From assembly GCA_002507175.1 (NCBI GenBank), contig DAZE01000012.1, positions 91,353-155,352 on the forward strand: a stretch of DNA of 64,000 bases, written 5' to 3'. This DNA comes from Euryarchaeota archaeon UBA558 (GTDB lineage Archaea > Thermoplasmatota > Poseidoniia > Poseidoniales > Thalassarchaeaceae). Position numbers and translations under genes: made by a program. The notes beneath the pieces were generated by a model. It saw only the letters and a program-made list of their open reading frames with translations. It did no database searches and was not told the DNA's origin. Every line of letters starts with the position of its first letter. The first letter of the stretch is position 1. Positions 1 through 9,686 of the stretch are shown in pieces.

Positions 1-307
1 CCCTCATCCCTGAGAATCCTGCTGCGACACTGGCTATAGCCCCGAAAACAAACGCCATGGCAGTTTCCATGCCTCCGTCTTCTCCATTGATCAGAAAGAG
101 GACGACTCCGACGACCACTACGAATACGGAGATGTATCTGTATTCCGACATGAGGAAGGCCATAGCCCCTTTCTGAATCTCTTCTGTTATTTCTGCAACT
201 TTTTGGTTGTCTATCTCTATGGCATCGTTCTTTTTGTAAAGCATTAGGGCGACAAACAGCCCCACTATGGCTACCGTTGCTGCGATTACCGGTACATTCT
301 CAATCAT
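1..307 (-). CDS. hppA: Membrane-bound H+/Na+-translocating pyrophosphatase, N-terminal fragment (gene runs off the left edge)
   Basis: Reverse translation from the ATG at 307 gives MIENVPVIAATVAIVGLFVALMLYKK...EEIQKGAMAFLMSEYRYISVF...FVFGAIASVAAGFSGMR. This matches the conserved N-terminus of membrane pyrophosphatases (I.eGA.aFL..eY and GA..S..aG..GM). It is not in the ORF track because it is truncated by the window edge. Confidence 0.75.
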   Translation of the reverse strand, partial: MIENVPVIAATVAIVGLFVALMLYKKNDAIEIDNQKVAEITEEIQKGAMAFLMSEYRYISVFVVVVGVVLFLINGEDGGMETAMAFVFGAIASVAAGFSGMR

Positions 308-431
308 GATTACACCTTGTTGCCCGGCCGTCCACCGGCCTGTATTTAAGCCGATATACCTCTGAAAGAACTGGAAGCCCAATACATATCCTCAATTATT
401 TCATATCAGATCACTTGTTGGGTGGAAGTGC

Positions 432-716
432 ATGGCCGAGATTGACCGCCAGACAATCCTTGACTCGGTGGGCCCAGTCCAGACCATACTTGATGCACAT
501 GACGGAGTAGTGAACGTTATCGATACTACTGGAGGAGTGATCTCAATTTCATTGGAGGGCGGTTGCACTGGATGCAGTTCAACTCCAATGACCGCAATGC
601 AAATCTACTATTCCCTGATGAAATTGGATGAGGTGAACGACGTGTTGTTCATCAATGGCGAACTTCCTGCATACATGAGGTCCTTCATCAACGAAAAGCT
701 GGGCATAGAAGGATAG
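432..716 (+). CDS. NifU-like Fe-S cluster assembly/delivery domain protein
   Basis: The 94-aa ORF has the size and layout of a NifU C-terminal domain. It carries the paired-cysteine motif GGCTGCSSTPMT. Confidence 0.65.
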   Translation: MAEIDRQTILDSVGPVQTILDAHDGVVNVIDTTGGVISISLEGGCTGCSSTPMTAMQIYYSLMKLDEVNDVLFINGELPAYMRSFINEKLGIEG

Positions 717-717
717 C

Positions 718-1062
718 CTACTCTTCCTCAATTTCTAGAAGAGCCCTTGCCCTTCTGATGCTATGCGGGTTCGGCTCGCCTTGGATCTCCTTCCCTTTCA
801 GGTTCAACACCGAGGCAGCCGCCAGAACGAGTGAGAACACCGCCATTGGCCTTGCCGCATTTCGTGATCCCCACAAGGCTCCTCCCATTCCGTGCATCAC
901 GAAGAGGAGGATGCTCGCAATGATGCAGATTCCCATTATCATGCGTTGGCCCTTTATTTCCCCTGCTCTGCTTCGCGCCAATGTGCCTATGCTCATCCAG
1001 AGTATGCCTGCTACACCACAAAGAGTGATCGAAAGTGTCTCTAAGACATCCACAAGCTCCAC
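718..1062 (-). CDS. Hypothetical small membrane protein (about 3 TM helices)
   Basis: The 114-aa ORF has three hydrophobic stretches (LSITLCGVAGILWMSIGTLA, MIMGICIIASILLFVMHGMGGALWG, MAVFSLVLAAASVLNL). The competing ORFs at 758..1066(+) and 761..1216(-) look non-protein-like. Confidence 0.4.
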   Translation of the reverse strand: MELVDVLETLSITLCGVAGILWMSIGTLARSRAGEIKGQRMIMGICIIASILLFVMHGMGGALWGSRNAARPMAVFSLVLAAASVLNLKGKEIQGEPNPHSIRRARALLEIEEE

Positions 1063-1144
1063 ATGACCACCTACTCCAATTCACTCTGGTTTTGGCCAAG
1101 TTGACAAACCACAAAAACATAGGGATCGACCCCATCGGAGTACC

Positions 1145-3079
1145 ATGGTAAAGATCGGCGGATGGGGCCTCCCCAAGACCAAACGCTCTGAGGCGCCATT
1201 TTACACGAAGAACCAAATAGTCACCGTTTTTGACCAGGTTGCAGTCTTGCTAGAATTGGATGGCGCGAACCTATTCCGTGTCAGAGCATACCAAAACGCC
1301 AGCAGGGCCTTGGGGCAACTGGAAAAGAACCTGTTCGAGCTGGTGAAATCAGACTCACTGACCCAGACTAAAGGAATAGGTAAGGGACTGGCATCCCTCG
1401 TCAAAGAAATAGTGATGACGGGCGAATGGGGGAAGCTAAAGGATCTCTACGACAAAGTCCCTGCCGGACTTGTAGAGATGGTTGGCATACCTGGCCTAGG
1501 CCCAAAGAGGGCCAGAATACTGTTCGAGGAGTTGGAGGTGAGCACCGTGGAGGGCCTGAAATCAGCATGCGAGCAAAACCTTGTGGCAGAATTACAAGGT
1601 TTTGGGGCCAAGAGCCAGAAAAAATACTTGGATGGCATCGATTTGCTAAGGAGGAACCAAGGAAGAACAAGGTTAGATGTCGGACTCGGATTTGGCCTAG
1701 CCCTGAAGAAAAGAGTATCAGGAATCACAGGGGTAATACAAGTCGAACTAGCAGGGAGTGCACGCAGAAGGAAGGAAACAATCGGTGATTTGGATTTGGT
1801 CGTGTCCGCTACTCCAGAAAATCAGAAATCCGTGATTGAGTCGGTCCTGGATCTTCCTGGCATTGCTGATGTAAAAGGAGCAGGGGAATCCAAAATAAGC
1901 CTAATTCTTGAGCAAAGCGTGTTGGTTTCTGATAATTCAGGGGGAAAGTTGGATCAGTCTCTATCAGAGACCATAATGAACAGAGCCGAAGACTCAACAA
2001 TTGATGCCCAAATAAGGATCGTCTCTCCTGAGATGTTCCCATTCACGCTAGCTTATTTCACTGGCTCAAAGGAGCATAACATAAGGATGAGACAACTCGC
2101 GATAGACAAAGGCCTCAGGCTCAATGAATTTGGGTTGATGCCAGAGACGGAGATCGAGGGTCTAGTGGGAATAGATGCAGCCAAATACAGCCTGAGTTGT
2201 GTTGATGAAGGTCAAATATACCATTATCTGGGTTTGGACTGGGTGACTCCAGAATTAAGAGAGGATAATGGAGAGATAGAAGCGGCTTTGTCAAAGTCCA
2301 TTCCAAATCTAGTTGAGGTTTCATCAATTCGTGGAGCACTCCATAACCACACCACAGCATCCGATGGACAAAACACACTAGACGAAATGGCTGATGAAGC
2401 TCGGAGACTAGGCTGGGAATACATCGGAATTGCAGACCACTCCCCGGCTCTAAGAATTGGAGGGAGGAGCATCGGAGTCGACCCAGATGCCGTGGAGATC
2501 CAAGCCAGCGAAATTACTTCCTACAATGAAAAAATGGAGGATCAGGGAGAAATTTTCAGGGTCTTTCACGGGAGCGAGTGTGACATCTTACCGGATGGTA
2601 AATTGGACTATTCAGAAGATGTGAGGGGAAAGTTCCACCATGTGATCGGCTCAGTTCACGCCATCAATACCTGGAAGTCGAGGGATGAACAAGTGAATAC
2701 CGATGCAATCATAACCGCGATTGAAGATCCCTCTTTCACGGTTCTGGGACATCCGACCGGGCGGGTATTACAGGTGAGGGACGGATTTCCCGTGGACATG
2801 CTTCAGGTTATTGAGAGGATGGGGGAAATTAATCGAGAGGGGGAATTGAAAGCCATCGAGATCAATGCCTCTCCTTACAGACTTGATTTAGATTGGAGAC
2901 TATGCAGAACTGCGAGGGACCATGGAGTTCCGATTTTGATTAACCCAGATGCTCACAGTATTGAGGGACTCTCTGACATAGCGTATGGCGTAGATATAGC
3001 TAGGAAGGGTTGGCTTGAAGCAAAGGACGTCTTGAACACACTCCCCGTAGAGAAGATAGACCATCTGCTTGGGAAGTGA
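1145..3079 (+). CDS. polX: Family X DNA polymerase with C-terminal PHP phosphoesterase domain (PolX)
   Basis: The N-terminus carries HhH motifs (NLFRVRAYQNASRAL, GIGKGLA, GIPGLGPKRA). The nucleotidyltransferase core is present (ELAGSARRRKETIGDLDLVV). The PHP motifs are present (GALHNHTTASDG, IADHSP, GSECDI, HPTGR, NPDAH). Confidence 0.9.
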   Translation: MVKIGGWGLPKTKRSEAPFYTKNQIVTVFDQVAVLLELDGANLFRVRAYQNASRALGQLEKNLFELVKSDSLTQTKGIGKGLASLVKEIVMTGEWGKLKDLYDKVPAGLVEMVGIPGLGPKRARILFEELEVSTVEGLKSACEQNLVAELQGFGAKSQKKYLDGIDLLRRNQGRTRLDVGLGFGLALKKRVSGITGVIQVELAGSARRRKETIGDLDLVVSATPENQKSVIESVLDLPGIADVKGAGESKISLILEQSVLVSDNSGGKLDQSLSETIMNRAEDSTIDAQIRIVSPEMFPFTLAYFTGSKEHNIRMRQLAIDKGLRLNEFGLMPETEIEGLVGIDAAKYSLSCVDEGQIYHYLGLDWVTPELREDNGEIEAALSKSIPNLVEVSSIRGALHNHTTASDGQNTLDEMADEARRLGWEYIGIADHSPALRIGGRSIGVDPDAVEIQASEITSYNEKMEDQGEIFRVFHGSECDILPDGKLDYSEDVRGKFHHVIGSVHAINTWKSRDEQVNTDAIITAIEDPSFTVLGHPTGRVLQVRDGFPVDMLQVIERMGEINREGELKAIEINASPYRLDLDWRLCRTARDHGVPILINPDAHSIEGLSDIAYGVDIARKGWLEAKDVLNTLPVEKIDHLLGK

Positions 3080-3115
3080 CGAATCCTCATATCCCACGAT
3101 GGCACCGAGGGCTCC

Positions 3116-3316
3116 ATGGGACTCGGTCGGGCACTGGTCTTCTCTTCCGTGATGGTACTTCCAGCAATGGTCGTCGGGTTGGGCGCATGGCTGGCCTTTG
3201 GAGGATCTGAGACATGGGAAAGTTGGCAATACGGGACTTGCTATGTAATCCCCGGCGCGTTGATACTGTCCTCGTTTATTGTTGGATACCTGGGCTCAGG
3301 TGAGAATGACAAATGA
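3116..3316 (+). CDS. Hypothetical small membrane protein (2 TM), translationally coupled to nth
   Basis: The 66-aa ORF has two hydrophobic helices. Its TGA overlaps the ATG of the next gene (AATGA at 3312-3316). Confidence 0.35.
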   Translation: MGLGRALVFSSVMVLPAMVVGLGAWLAFGGSETWESWQYGTCYVIPGALILSSFIVGYLGSGENDK

Positions 3317-3975
3317 AGCGCCAGGAGAAGGCGGACAAGATTGGCAAAATGCTAGACCGTCTGTACCCAGAAACTCCCGTACCACTGGATCATAGTGACC
3401 CCTACACGCTTCTGGTGGCAGTAATGCTATCTGCCCAAACGACAGACAAAAAAGTGAATGAGGTGACTCCAGCCTTGTTCTCACTTGCCTCAAGCCCACA
3501 CAAGATGGCATTGTTGGAGGTCGAAACAATTCAGTCTTGCATCAAGCAGGTTGGCCTTGCTCCGACTAAATCAAGGAATCTCAGGAAAATGGCAGAGATC
3601 ATAGTAGAAAGAGGCGGAAACATTCGCCCTGACTGGGACTACCTCGAGTCACTGCCGGGCGTTGGTCACAAAACAGCAAGCGTTGTCATGGCGCAGGCCT
3701 TTGGCATACCCGCTTTCCCTGTTGACACCCATATTCACAGACTCGCCTCAAGATGGGGCCTCTCAAATGGCAAGTCGGTTTCCAAAACAGAGGCAGACCT
3801 GAAAACTCTCTTCGAGAAGTCAACGTGGAATAAACGACATCTTCAGATCATCTTCTTCGGAAGGGAATATTGCCCAGCACTCCGGCATGACTTGTCGCTA
3901 TGCCCCATTTGCAGTTGGGCAGCTACGAAGAAAAGGATCAGGGAAGAGGCCCGAAAAGCCGGCCCTAGGATCTAA
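3313..3975 (+). CDS. nth: Endonuclease III (DNA glycosylase/AP lyase)
   Basis: An HhH-GPD signature is present (LPGVGHKTASVVM, FPVDTHIHR). The C-terminal 4Fe-4S cysteine cluster is present (C-x6-C-x2-C-x..C: CPALRHDLSLCPICSW). Confidence 0.9.
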   Translation: MKRQEKADKIGKMLDRLYPETPVPLDHSDPYTLLVAVMLSAQTTDKKVNEVTPALFSLASSPHKMALLEVETIQSCIKQVGLAPTKSRNLRKMAEIIVERGGNIRPDWDYLESLPGVGHKTASVVMAQAFGIPAFPVDTHIHRLASRWGLSNGKSVSKTEADLKTLFEKSTWNKRHLQIIFFGREYCPALRHDLSLCPICSWAATKKRIREEARKAGPRI

Positions 3976-4249
3976 TGTAGACAACCAATCCGAGACCAAC
4001 CAAAAGGCTCCCAATAGCCAAGATAATTGGGCGTGCATTCTCCAATGCCTCTTTTGTCTCTCGGGCATCGTCACATTGACCATCGTCCCATTCTGTTATC
4101 TGCGCGATGGTACCCACAGTAGAGTCACAGTTATCCTCGATTCCTTCATCATAGAGGCTTACCGCATAGCCTGCTCCCCCCCACGCGATGAGAGCAATAC
4201 CTCCTAACATTATCAGGATGATTGACGCAACTTTGGAGAGTCTTCCCAT
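3965..4249 (-). CDS. Hypothetical membrane protein (2 TM with an acidic, Cys-containing loop)
   Basis: The 94-aa ORF has N- and C-terminal hydrophobic helices. It overlaps the nth 3' end by 11 nt. Confidence 0.4.
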   Translation of the reverse strand: MGRLSKVASIILIMLGGIALIAWGGAGYAVSLYDEGIEDNCDSTVGTIAQITEWDDGQCDDARETKEALENARPIILAIGSLLVGLGLVVYIRS

Positions 4250-4274
4250 GATTGACCTCCATACGATTAATTTT

Positions 4275-5009
4275 TCAACTATTGCCGCGATTTTGCCTCA
4301 ATACTTCGGTTGCAACAACTGCGAGAGGCGCCTGAAGGTTGTAAGATGGGAGGAAACCACCCATTGGGATCCTTAAGACGACATCGCATTGAGCCAACAA
4401 CTCATCAGGGATGCCGTGTCGTTCGCCTCCTATGATCAACATGCATGGCCCCGTGAGGTCAGCATCCCATGGCTCCACGTCTCCTGAATCCTCTATTCCA
4501 ATCACCCTGTAGCCATATCTCTTTGCCAAGTCTATGGCTTGCTTCCACTCCATCCATCTGACTGGTATGAAACGATCGGCCTTCATCGAGGCCCTTGAGG
4601 ATGCCTTCCTGCCATCAGAGTTTAATTCCGAGTCCACAAATACAGCAGAACCCCCGCTGACTTCTACAGTTCTGATAGCGTATCCGATGTTTACTGGGTA
4701 TTGCGCTCCTGCAAGTAGCCAGATGCTACCTGCCAATCCCATAATGTCCTCAAGATCAGCGGAAGGGTCTCTGTTCAACAGCCCAAGGGCCTCTGATGGG
4801 GCAGAATCAAACGAGAAGTGGCCCATCCTCCTTAAGTCGTTTTCAGACCCCTCTATGACAACAATGCCCAACTCCGAAGCTCTACTAATCAGTGATCGTG
4901 TTGATTCCGAAGTAGCGTTCCTAAGGACCAGAATTCTTGTGAAGTGAAGACCTCGTTCTATTGCTTGCAATATGTCACTCGATCCAGAGACTTTCAACCC
5001 ATGGCGCAT
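4275..5009 (-). CDS. SpoU/TrmH-family RNA 2'-O-methyltransferase
   Basis: The C-terminus has the SPOUT motifs (IGIEDSG, LIIGGERHGIPDELL, IPMGGFLPSYNLQAPLAVV). The N-terminus has a substrate-binding-like domain. Confidence 0.75.
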   Translation of the reverse strand: MRHGLKVSGSSDILQAIERGLHFTRILVLRNATSESTRSLISRASELGIVVIEGSENDLRRMGHFSFDSAPSEALGLLNRDPSADLEDIMGLAGSIWLLAGAQYPVNIGYAIRTVEVSGGSAVFVDSELNSDGRKASSRASMKADRFIPVRWMEWKQAIDLAKRYGYRVIGIEDSGDVEPWDADLTGPCMLIIGGERHGIPDELLAQCDVVLRIPMGGFLPSYNLQAPLAVVATEVLRQNRGNS

Positions 5010-5011
5010 AC

Positions 5012-5539
5012 TCAGCCCTCCACCGCTATTTCGATTGGTATGATTATCTCATTCCGCCTGAGGAAAGGTAAGGTTGTACCTGGATTGTCATACACAGCTA
5101 GGATCGGTACGGATATTTGCCGATACTCGTGCTCTTGGATTAGGGCCTCCAGCCTCCTTGCACGAGATTCAGTCTTCCGTTGGCCCGAGAATCCAGAGAA
5201 TCGAAGTACTGCGGTAAGGCATTTTGGAACCTCGACTATCTCTACACCTTCATCAATGGGGCTCGGTAGGTCTCCGATTTGATATTCTGGGGGCATTATG
5301 AACGCCATTTTGGAGCCATCTTCGTCATTCCATCTTTGGACCGGCGAAGTCATAGCGATTTTCATAGAACGATCGTTTTGCCCGAATATGTACTTGGCTA
5401 TCCTTCGAAAAGACTCCGAGGAACCACTATAGTCTGATTCAGACGTCGTTGCAATAGCGCAGATAACATCGGGGTACTTCCTAATCTCAAAGTTTGGATG
5501 TACTTTGACTAGTTCGTAGACCTGTTCCTGTACGCCCAT
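5012..5539 (-). CDS. SOUL heme-binding family protein
   Basis: The ORF is 175 aa. It has FEIRKYPD...IAKYIFGQN...IAMTSPV...AVLRFSG...AVYDNP, the typical SOUL/HEBP pattern. Confidence 0.65.
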   Translation of the reverse strand: MGVQEQVYELVKVHPNFEIRKYPDVICAIATTSESDYSGSSESFRRIAKYIFGQNDRSMKIAMTSPVQRWNDEDGSKMAFIMPPEYQIGDLPSPIDEGVEIVEVPKCLTAVLRFSGFSGQRKTESRARRLEALIQEHEYRQISVPILAVYDNPGTTLPFLRRNEIIIPIEIAVEG

Positions 5540-5592
5540 ACTGACCGCAACTCGGAGGTCGTGTAGATAACAATTGAGACTAATGCTTGCAT

Positions 5593-6363
5593 TCAGCTGT
5601 TAATGTATACTGGTATTGGATTCATTTTGTGTGAGTTCTGGGTGTTGAACTTATTGAATATCCTCATGACCTCTATTTGTCTCGGCGTCCAATCCATATC
5701 TCCTGTGCTGGGAGATTGTTCCATCGCCCACTCCAACTCCTCGTAGGTAGCCCCAATTTGATCCTCATCAGTCCTACCATCTTCCCACAATCCATCAGTT
5801 GGGGACGACTGCAAGATGTCCTTATGAACACCGAGCTCAGAGCCTAGTTGGTATACCTCTGACTTCATTAGGTCCGCAATCGGTGAAATGTCAACTCCTC
5901 CATCGCCATATTTTGTGTAGAAGCCTACTCCAAAATCCTCTACCTTGTTGCCCGTTCCAACGACTATGCCGTTGTTTGAAGCGGAGATTGCATACAATGT
6001 GGTCATCCTCAACCTTGCCTTGGTGTTTGCGAGAGCCATGTCGGTGACCGAGAACTCTGACAATGAGTCCTCAGCTAGTACGCGAAAAGTAGCGGATAGG
6101 TCGATTAAACGCCCTTCTGCATTTTCCCACTTATCCTCGAGCCAACTGATATGGGCATTTGATAGGTCAAATTGGTCTAAATCCTGATTAATTGGTAAAT
6201 TGAGTGCTATTGTCCTTATGCCAGTCATCGCGCATAGAGTGGAGGTGACTGCCGAATCCACTCCTCCCGAGACACCCACTACCAGCGTCGAAATTCCATT
6301 TGACTCTGCGTACTCCCTTATCCATCCAGCGATCTTGTCTCCCAAGGTGTCGTCTCCGGGCAT
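5593..6363 (-). CDS. nadE: NH3-dependent NAD+ synthetase
   Basis: A PP-loop is present (VVGVSGGVDSAV). The ORF also has ...TGNKVE...GFYTKYGDGG..ISPI.. and a size typical of NadE. Confidence 0.85.
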   Translation of the reverse strand: MPGDDTLGDKIAGWIREYAESNGISTLVVGVSGGVDSAVTSTLCAMTGIRTIALNLPINQDLDQFDLSNAHISWLEDKWENAEGRLIDLSATFRVLAEDSLSEFSVTDMALANTKARLRMTTLYAISASNNGIVVGTGNKVEDFGVGFYTKYGDGGVDISPIADLMKSEVYQLGSELGVHKDILQSSPTDGLWEDGRTDEDQIGATYEELEWAMEQSPSTGDMDWTPRQIEVMRIFNKFNTQNSHKMNPIPVYINS

Positions 6364-6472
6364 AAGTTTGCCATCATATGGTGATTAATGGACTATTGTC
6401 TTGGGTTCTAGAGCCCCCGAAATCACTTGTGTTCGGGCGACATTGAAATCAAGTGCCACGGTCGGGTGGGCG

Positions 6473-9400
6473 ATGAGCAGTGACCAAGGCGGACGCCTCG
6501 ACCCAGTTTCCCTTGAGAATCAAATCATAGAAATCTGGGGTAATGAGAAAACATTCCAGTCATCAATAGAAGCCCGCAGGATAAGAGGCAGACCTTTCAC
6601 ATTTCTTGAGGGGCCACCAACAGCAAATGGTAAACCCGGAATTCACCATGTGCTGTCTAGGTTGTACAAGGACATGGTTTGCAGATGGAAAACCATGGAA
6701 GGCTACGTGGTGGAGAGAAAAGCGGGCTGGGACACCCATGGCCTACCAGTCGAGATAGAAGTTCAAAAGAGGTTAGACCTAATGTCAAACGAGGCCATTG
6801 AGGCCTATGGGATGAAGGAGTTCAATGAAGCTTGCAAGGAAAGCGTCTGGACATACGAGCAAGCATGGCGCGAGATGACTGAAAGGATGGGTTTCTGGGT
6901 CGACATGAATGACCCCTACGTCACGTTGGAGGATGACTACATAGAATCGGCATGGTGGTCTCTGAAACAAATGCATGAGAAAGGATTACTCTTTAGGGGC
7001 CACAAAGTACTACCGTATTGCCCGCAAACTGGAACATCATACTCGAGTCATGAGGTGGCTCTCGGATACAAAGAGGTGACCGAGCCAGCAGTTTTCGTCA
7101 AATTTGACTTGATTGATGATCCAGCATGCATAATGGCATGGACCACAACCCCTTGGACACTTCCCGGGAACGTAGGCCTCGCAGTTGGCCCAGACATAGA
7201 TTATGTCCGAATCAGGGTCGCTGAGCAACCATCTGCAAAGTGGCAGGGCAGAGGTTTTGCTGAAGTCGGCGATCAGTTGATACTCGCCAAGGATTTGATG
7301 AGCCATGTGCTCCGACACAAAGTCGAAATCTTGGAAGAAATGAAGGGAACGGATTTGGCCGGACTGCACTACAATCCGCTTTTCCCGGGCGCAGTTGACG
7401 GAAAGGGCCACCCAGAGGCATGGTCCATCGTGACCGCAGATTTTGTCACGACCACGGATGGGACTGGCGTCGTCCACACTGCGGTCATGTATGGCGAGGA
7501 CGACTACAATCTTGGCTTGGCATCCGGCTATCCTGCCCAACACACCGTGGGGATGGATGGATGTTTCATACGAGGGACTCACCCCAAACTTGACGGCATT
7601 TACGTGAAGGATTGCGACGATATAATACTAGATCTCCTAAATCAATCCGGCAGACTGTACCGAGAGCATTTGTACACTCACGACTATCCACATTGTTGGA
7701 GGACGGATCACCCACTGCTGTACTACGCCATGGATAGCTGGTTCGTCCGAATGACTGCAGTCAAGGAGCAAATTCTGGAGAACAACAATTCGGTTGAGTG
7801 GGCACCACCTTCGACTGGCTCGGGAAGGATGGGTGAGTGGCTATCAAACCTCAAGGATTGGGCAATCAGCAGGGAACGATATTGGGGGACTCCGATACCT
7901 GTGTGGATCTGTGGCGAATGTGGTCACGAGCATTGTATCGGAAGCCGTGGAGAGATGGAATCTATGCTAACAGTGGATTCTGAAATGCCCAAGGAACTTC
8001 ACAGACCCTATGTGGACGAAATTAAGTTGGTTTGTCCAGAGAGAGGGTGCTCTGGAGAGATGAAAAGAGAACCATATGTCATGGATTGCTGGTTTGACTC
8101 CGGCTGCGCACCTTTCGCACAATGGCACTACCCATTCGAGAATGAAGAGAAATTCGACTCATCCTTCCCGGTTGATTACATCTGCGAGGCGGTTGACCAA
8201 ACCAGAGGGTGGTTCTACTCTCTACTGGCTGTTGGTACAACTGTCTTTGGAAAACCGACATACAAGAGATGTCTTTCCCTTGGCCATATCCTGGACAAGA
8301 ATGGAAAGAAAATGAGCAAGTCAAGGGGGAACGTAGTCGATCCTTGGGACCACTTCAACCTAGAGGGGGCTGACGCGATAAGGTGGTACATGACGACTCA
8401 AAGCTCTCCTTGGCAGCCAACAAATTTCGATCCAAGTGGAGTAAGGGAATCTTATGCCAGGATGTTTCTCACTCTGTGGAACATCTACAGATTCCATGCT
8501 GATTATGCTGCTTTGGACTCGTTCAATGGAAATATGGAATCTTCTGAACCATCATCGAGGCCGTCTTTGGACAGATGGATACTTTCCCAAACCAGTGCGA
8601 CTGCAGAAAGGGTTTCACTCCTGTTCGAACAATGGGACTTCCACAAGGCGGGAAGAGAAATAGAGCGGTTCGTCGTTGACGATATCTCCAATTGGTACGT
8701 TCGGAGATCTAGGAGAAGGCTCTGGGACGAAGCCGAAAGTGATGACAAGGCGGCATGCCATCACACACTTCGCGAAGTACTCGGAGTAGTATGTAGACTC
8801 ATGGCCCCAATCGCCCCATTCATGGCAGACAAAATCCATCGAGACCTCTTTCAAACCTCAGTCCACCTTGCAGATTGGCCTTGCGGATCTGATTTGATTG
8901 ACTCCAAACTGCCTCAGAGAGGCCCAGAACTGGAGTTGAGGATGGAATTGGTCAGGAATCTCGCCGAGGCTGGCCGTAGAATCAGGGTCGAATCATCTCG
9001 AAGACAGCGCTTGCCATGCAAGAGAGGATGGATTGTGGGAGGCATTAGCGTAGGCGACCTATCAGGAATACTATCTGAGGAGTTGAACGTAGGATTGCTC
9101 GAGGAAGAGAACGATCTCGAGAGATTCCAGAAAGTACAATTGAAGCCGAACAGAAGAAACCTTGGTAGAAAATGCACAACGGATCTTCCAACAGTCCTAG
9201 AGGAACTTGAAGCAGTCGACCCAGAGTCGTTTTTACTGGAAATCGAGGCTGGCATCGCATACTTGGGAGGATACCAAATAACCCTCGATGATGTGGAAAT
9301 TCATCGCGTAGAGAAGGATGGATACGCAGCAGCGACAATTGAATCAGAACAGGGGAATGTGACCCTTGTACTCGATATGTCCCTGGACGACGACCTGTTG

Positions 9401-9649
9401 TCTAAGGGATTGGCCCGCGACATCATTCGTAGGGTTCAGGCAAAGCGAAAGGAAATGGACCTAAGGATAGAGGCGGAGATCTCGCTGGAGATCGCTTTGG
9501 GCCCTGATTCGCCCAAGCTCGCAGAGAATGACTGGGATCACATTCTCTCTGAGACAAGGGCCACTTCGGGTAAGTTAACAGGGGATTTGAACTCCTCTGA
9601 ATCCACATTCGAGGTGGATGGAATAACAATCGGATTCACCGTGTCCTGA
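6473..9649 (+). CDS. ileS: Isoleucyl-tRNA synthetase
   Basis: It has a class I HIGH-type motif (PTANGKPGIHHV), KMSKS, an editing-domain insertion, and Zn-binding CxxC pairs (CGECGHEHC, CPERGC). The ORF opens at 6401, but I prefer the ATG at 6473 (MSSDQGG..). Confidence 0.93.
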   Translation: MSSDQGGRLDPVSLENQIIEIWGNEKTFQSSIEARRIRGRPFTFLEGPPTANGKPGIHHVLSRLYKDMVCRWKTMEGYVVERKAGWDTHGLPVEIEVQKRLDLMSNEAIEAYGMKEFNEACKESVWTYEQAWREMTERMGFWVDMNDPYVTLEDDYIESAWWSLKQMHEKGLLFRGHKVLPYCPQTGTSYSSHEVALGYKEVTEPAVFVKFDLIDDPACIMAWTTTPWTLPGNVGLAVGPDIDYVRIRVAEQPSAKWQGRGFAEVGDQLILAKDLMSHVLRHKVEILEEMKGTDLAGLHYNPLFPGAVDGKGHPEAWSIVTADFVTTTDGTGVVHTAVMYGEDDYNLGLASGYPAQHTVGMDGCFIRGTHPKLDGIYVKDCDDIILDLLNQSGRLYREHLYTHDYPHCWRTDHPLLYYAMDSWFVRMTAVKEQILENNNSVEWAPPSTGSGRMGEWLSNLKDWAISRERYWGTPIPVWICGECGHEHCIGSRGEMESMLTVDSEMPKELHRPYVDEIKLVCPERGCSGEMKREPYVMDCWFDSGCAPFAQWHYPFENEEKFDSSFPVDYICEAVDQTRGWFYSLLAVGTTVFGKPTYKRCLSLGHILDKNGKKMSKSRGNVVDPWDHFNLEGADAIRWYMTTQSSPWQPTNFDPSGVRESYARMFLTLWNIYRFHADYAALDSFNGNMESSEPSSRPSLDRWILSQTSATAERVSLLFEQWDFHKAGREIERFVVDDISNWYVRRSRRRLWDEAESDDKAACHHTLREVLGVVCRLMAPIAPFMADKIHRDLFQTSVHLADWPCGSDLIDSKLPQRGPELELRMELVRNLAEAGRRIRVESSRRQRLPCKRGWIVGGISVGDLSGILSEELNVGLLEEENDLERFQKVQLKPNRRNLGRKCTTDLPTVLEELEAVDPESFLLEIEAGIAYLGGYQITLDDVEIHRVEKDGYAAATIESEQGNVTLVLDMSLDDDLLSKGLARDIIRRVQAKRKEMDLRIEAEISLEIALGPDSPKLAENDWDHILSETRATSGKLTGDLNSSESTFEVDGITIGFTVS

Positions 9650-9686
9650 TCACAGCATTGAATCGATACCCATCCTGCGAAGCAAT

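Noticed and set aside
6416-6436. Small hairpin (cccgaa-N10-ttcggg) upstream of ileS, considered as a leader or riboswitch-like element
   Set aside because: It has only a 6-bp stem. Archaea are not known to use T-box leaders. The element may even lie within an alternative N-terminal extension of the ORF.
7037-7582. 181-aa antisense ORF inside ileS. Similar long antisense or alternative-frame ORFs occur at 4534-4947, 22019-22465, 24162-24662, 39295-39780, 50867-51313 and 59840-60283.
   Set aside because: All are embedded in genes with strong motif support on the other strand or frame. None carries a recognisable motif. Each is a chance open frame.
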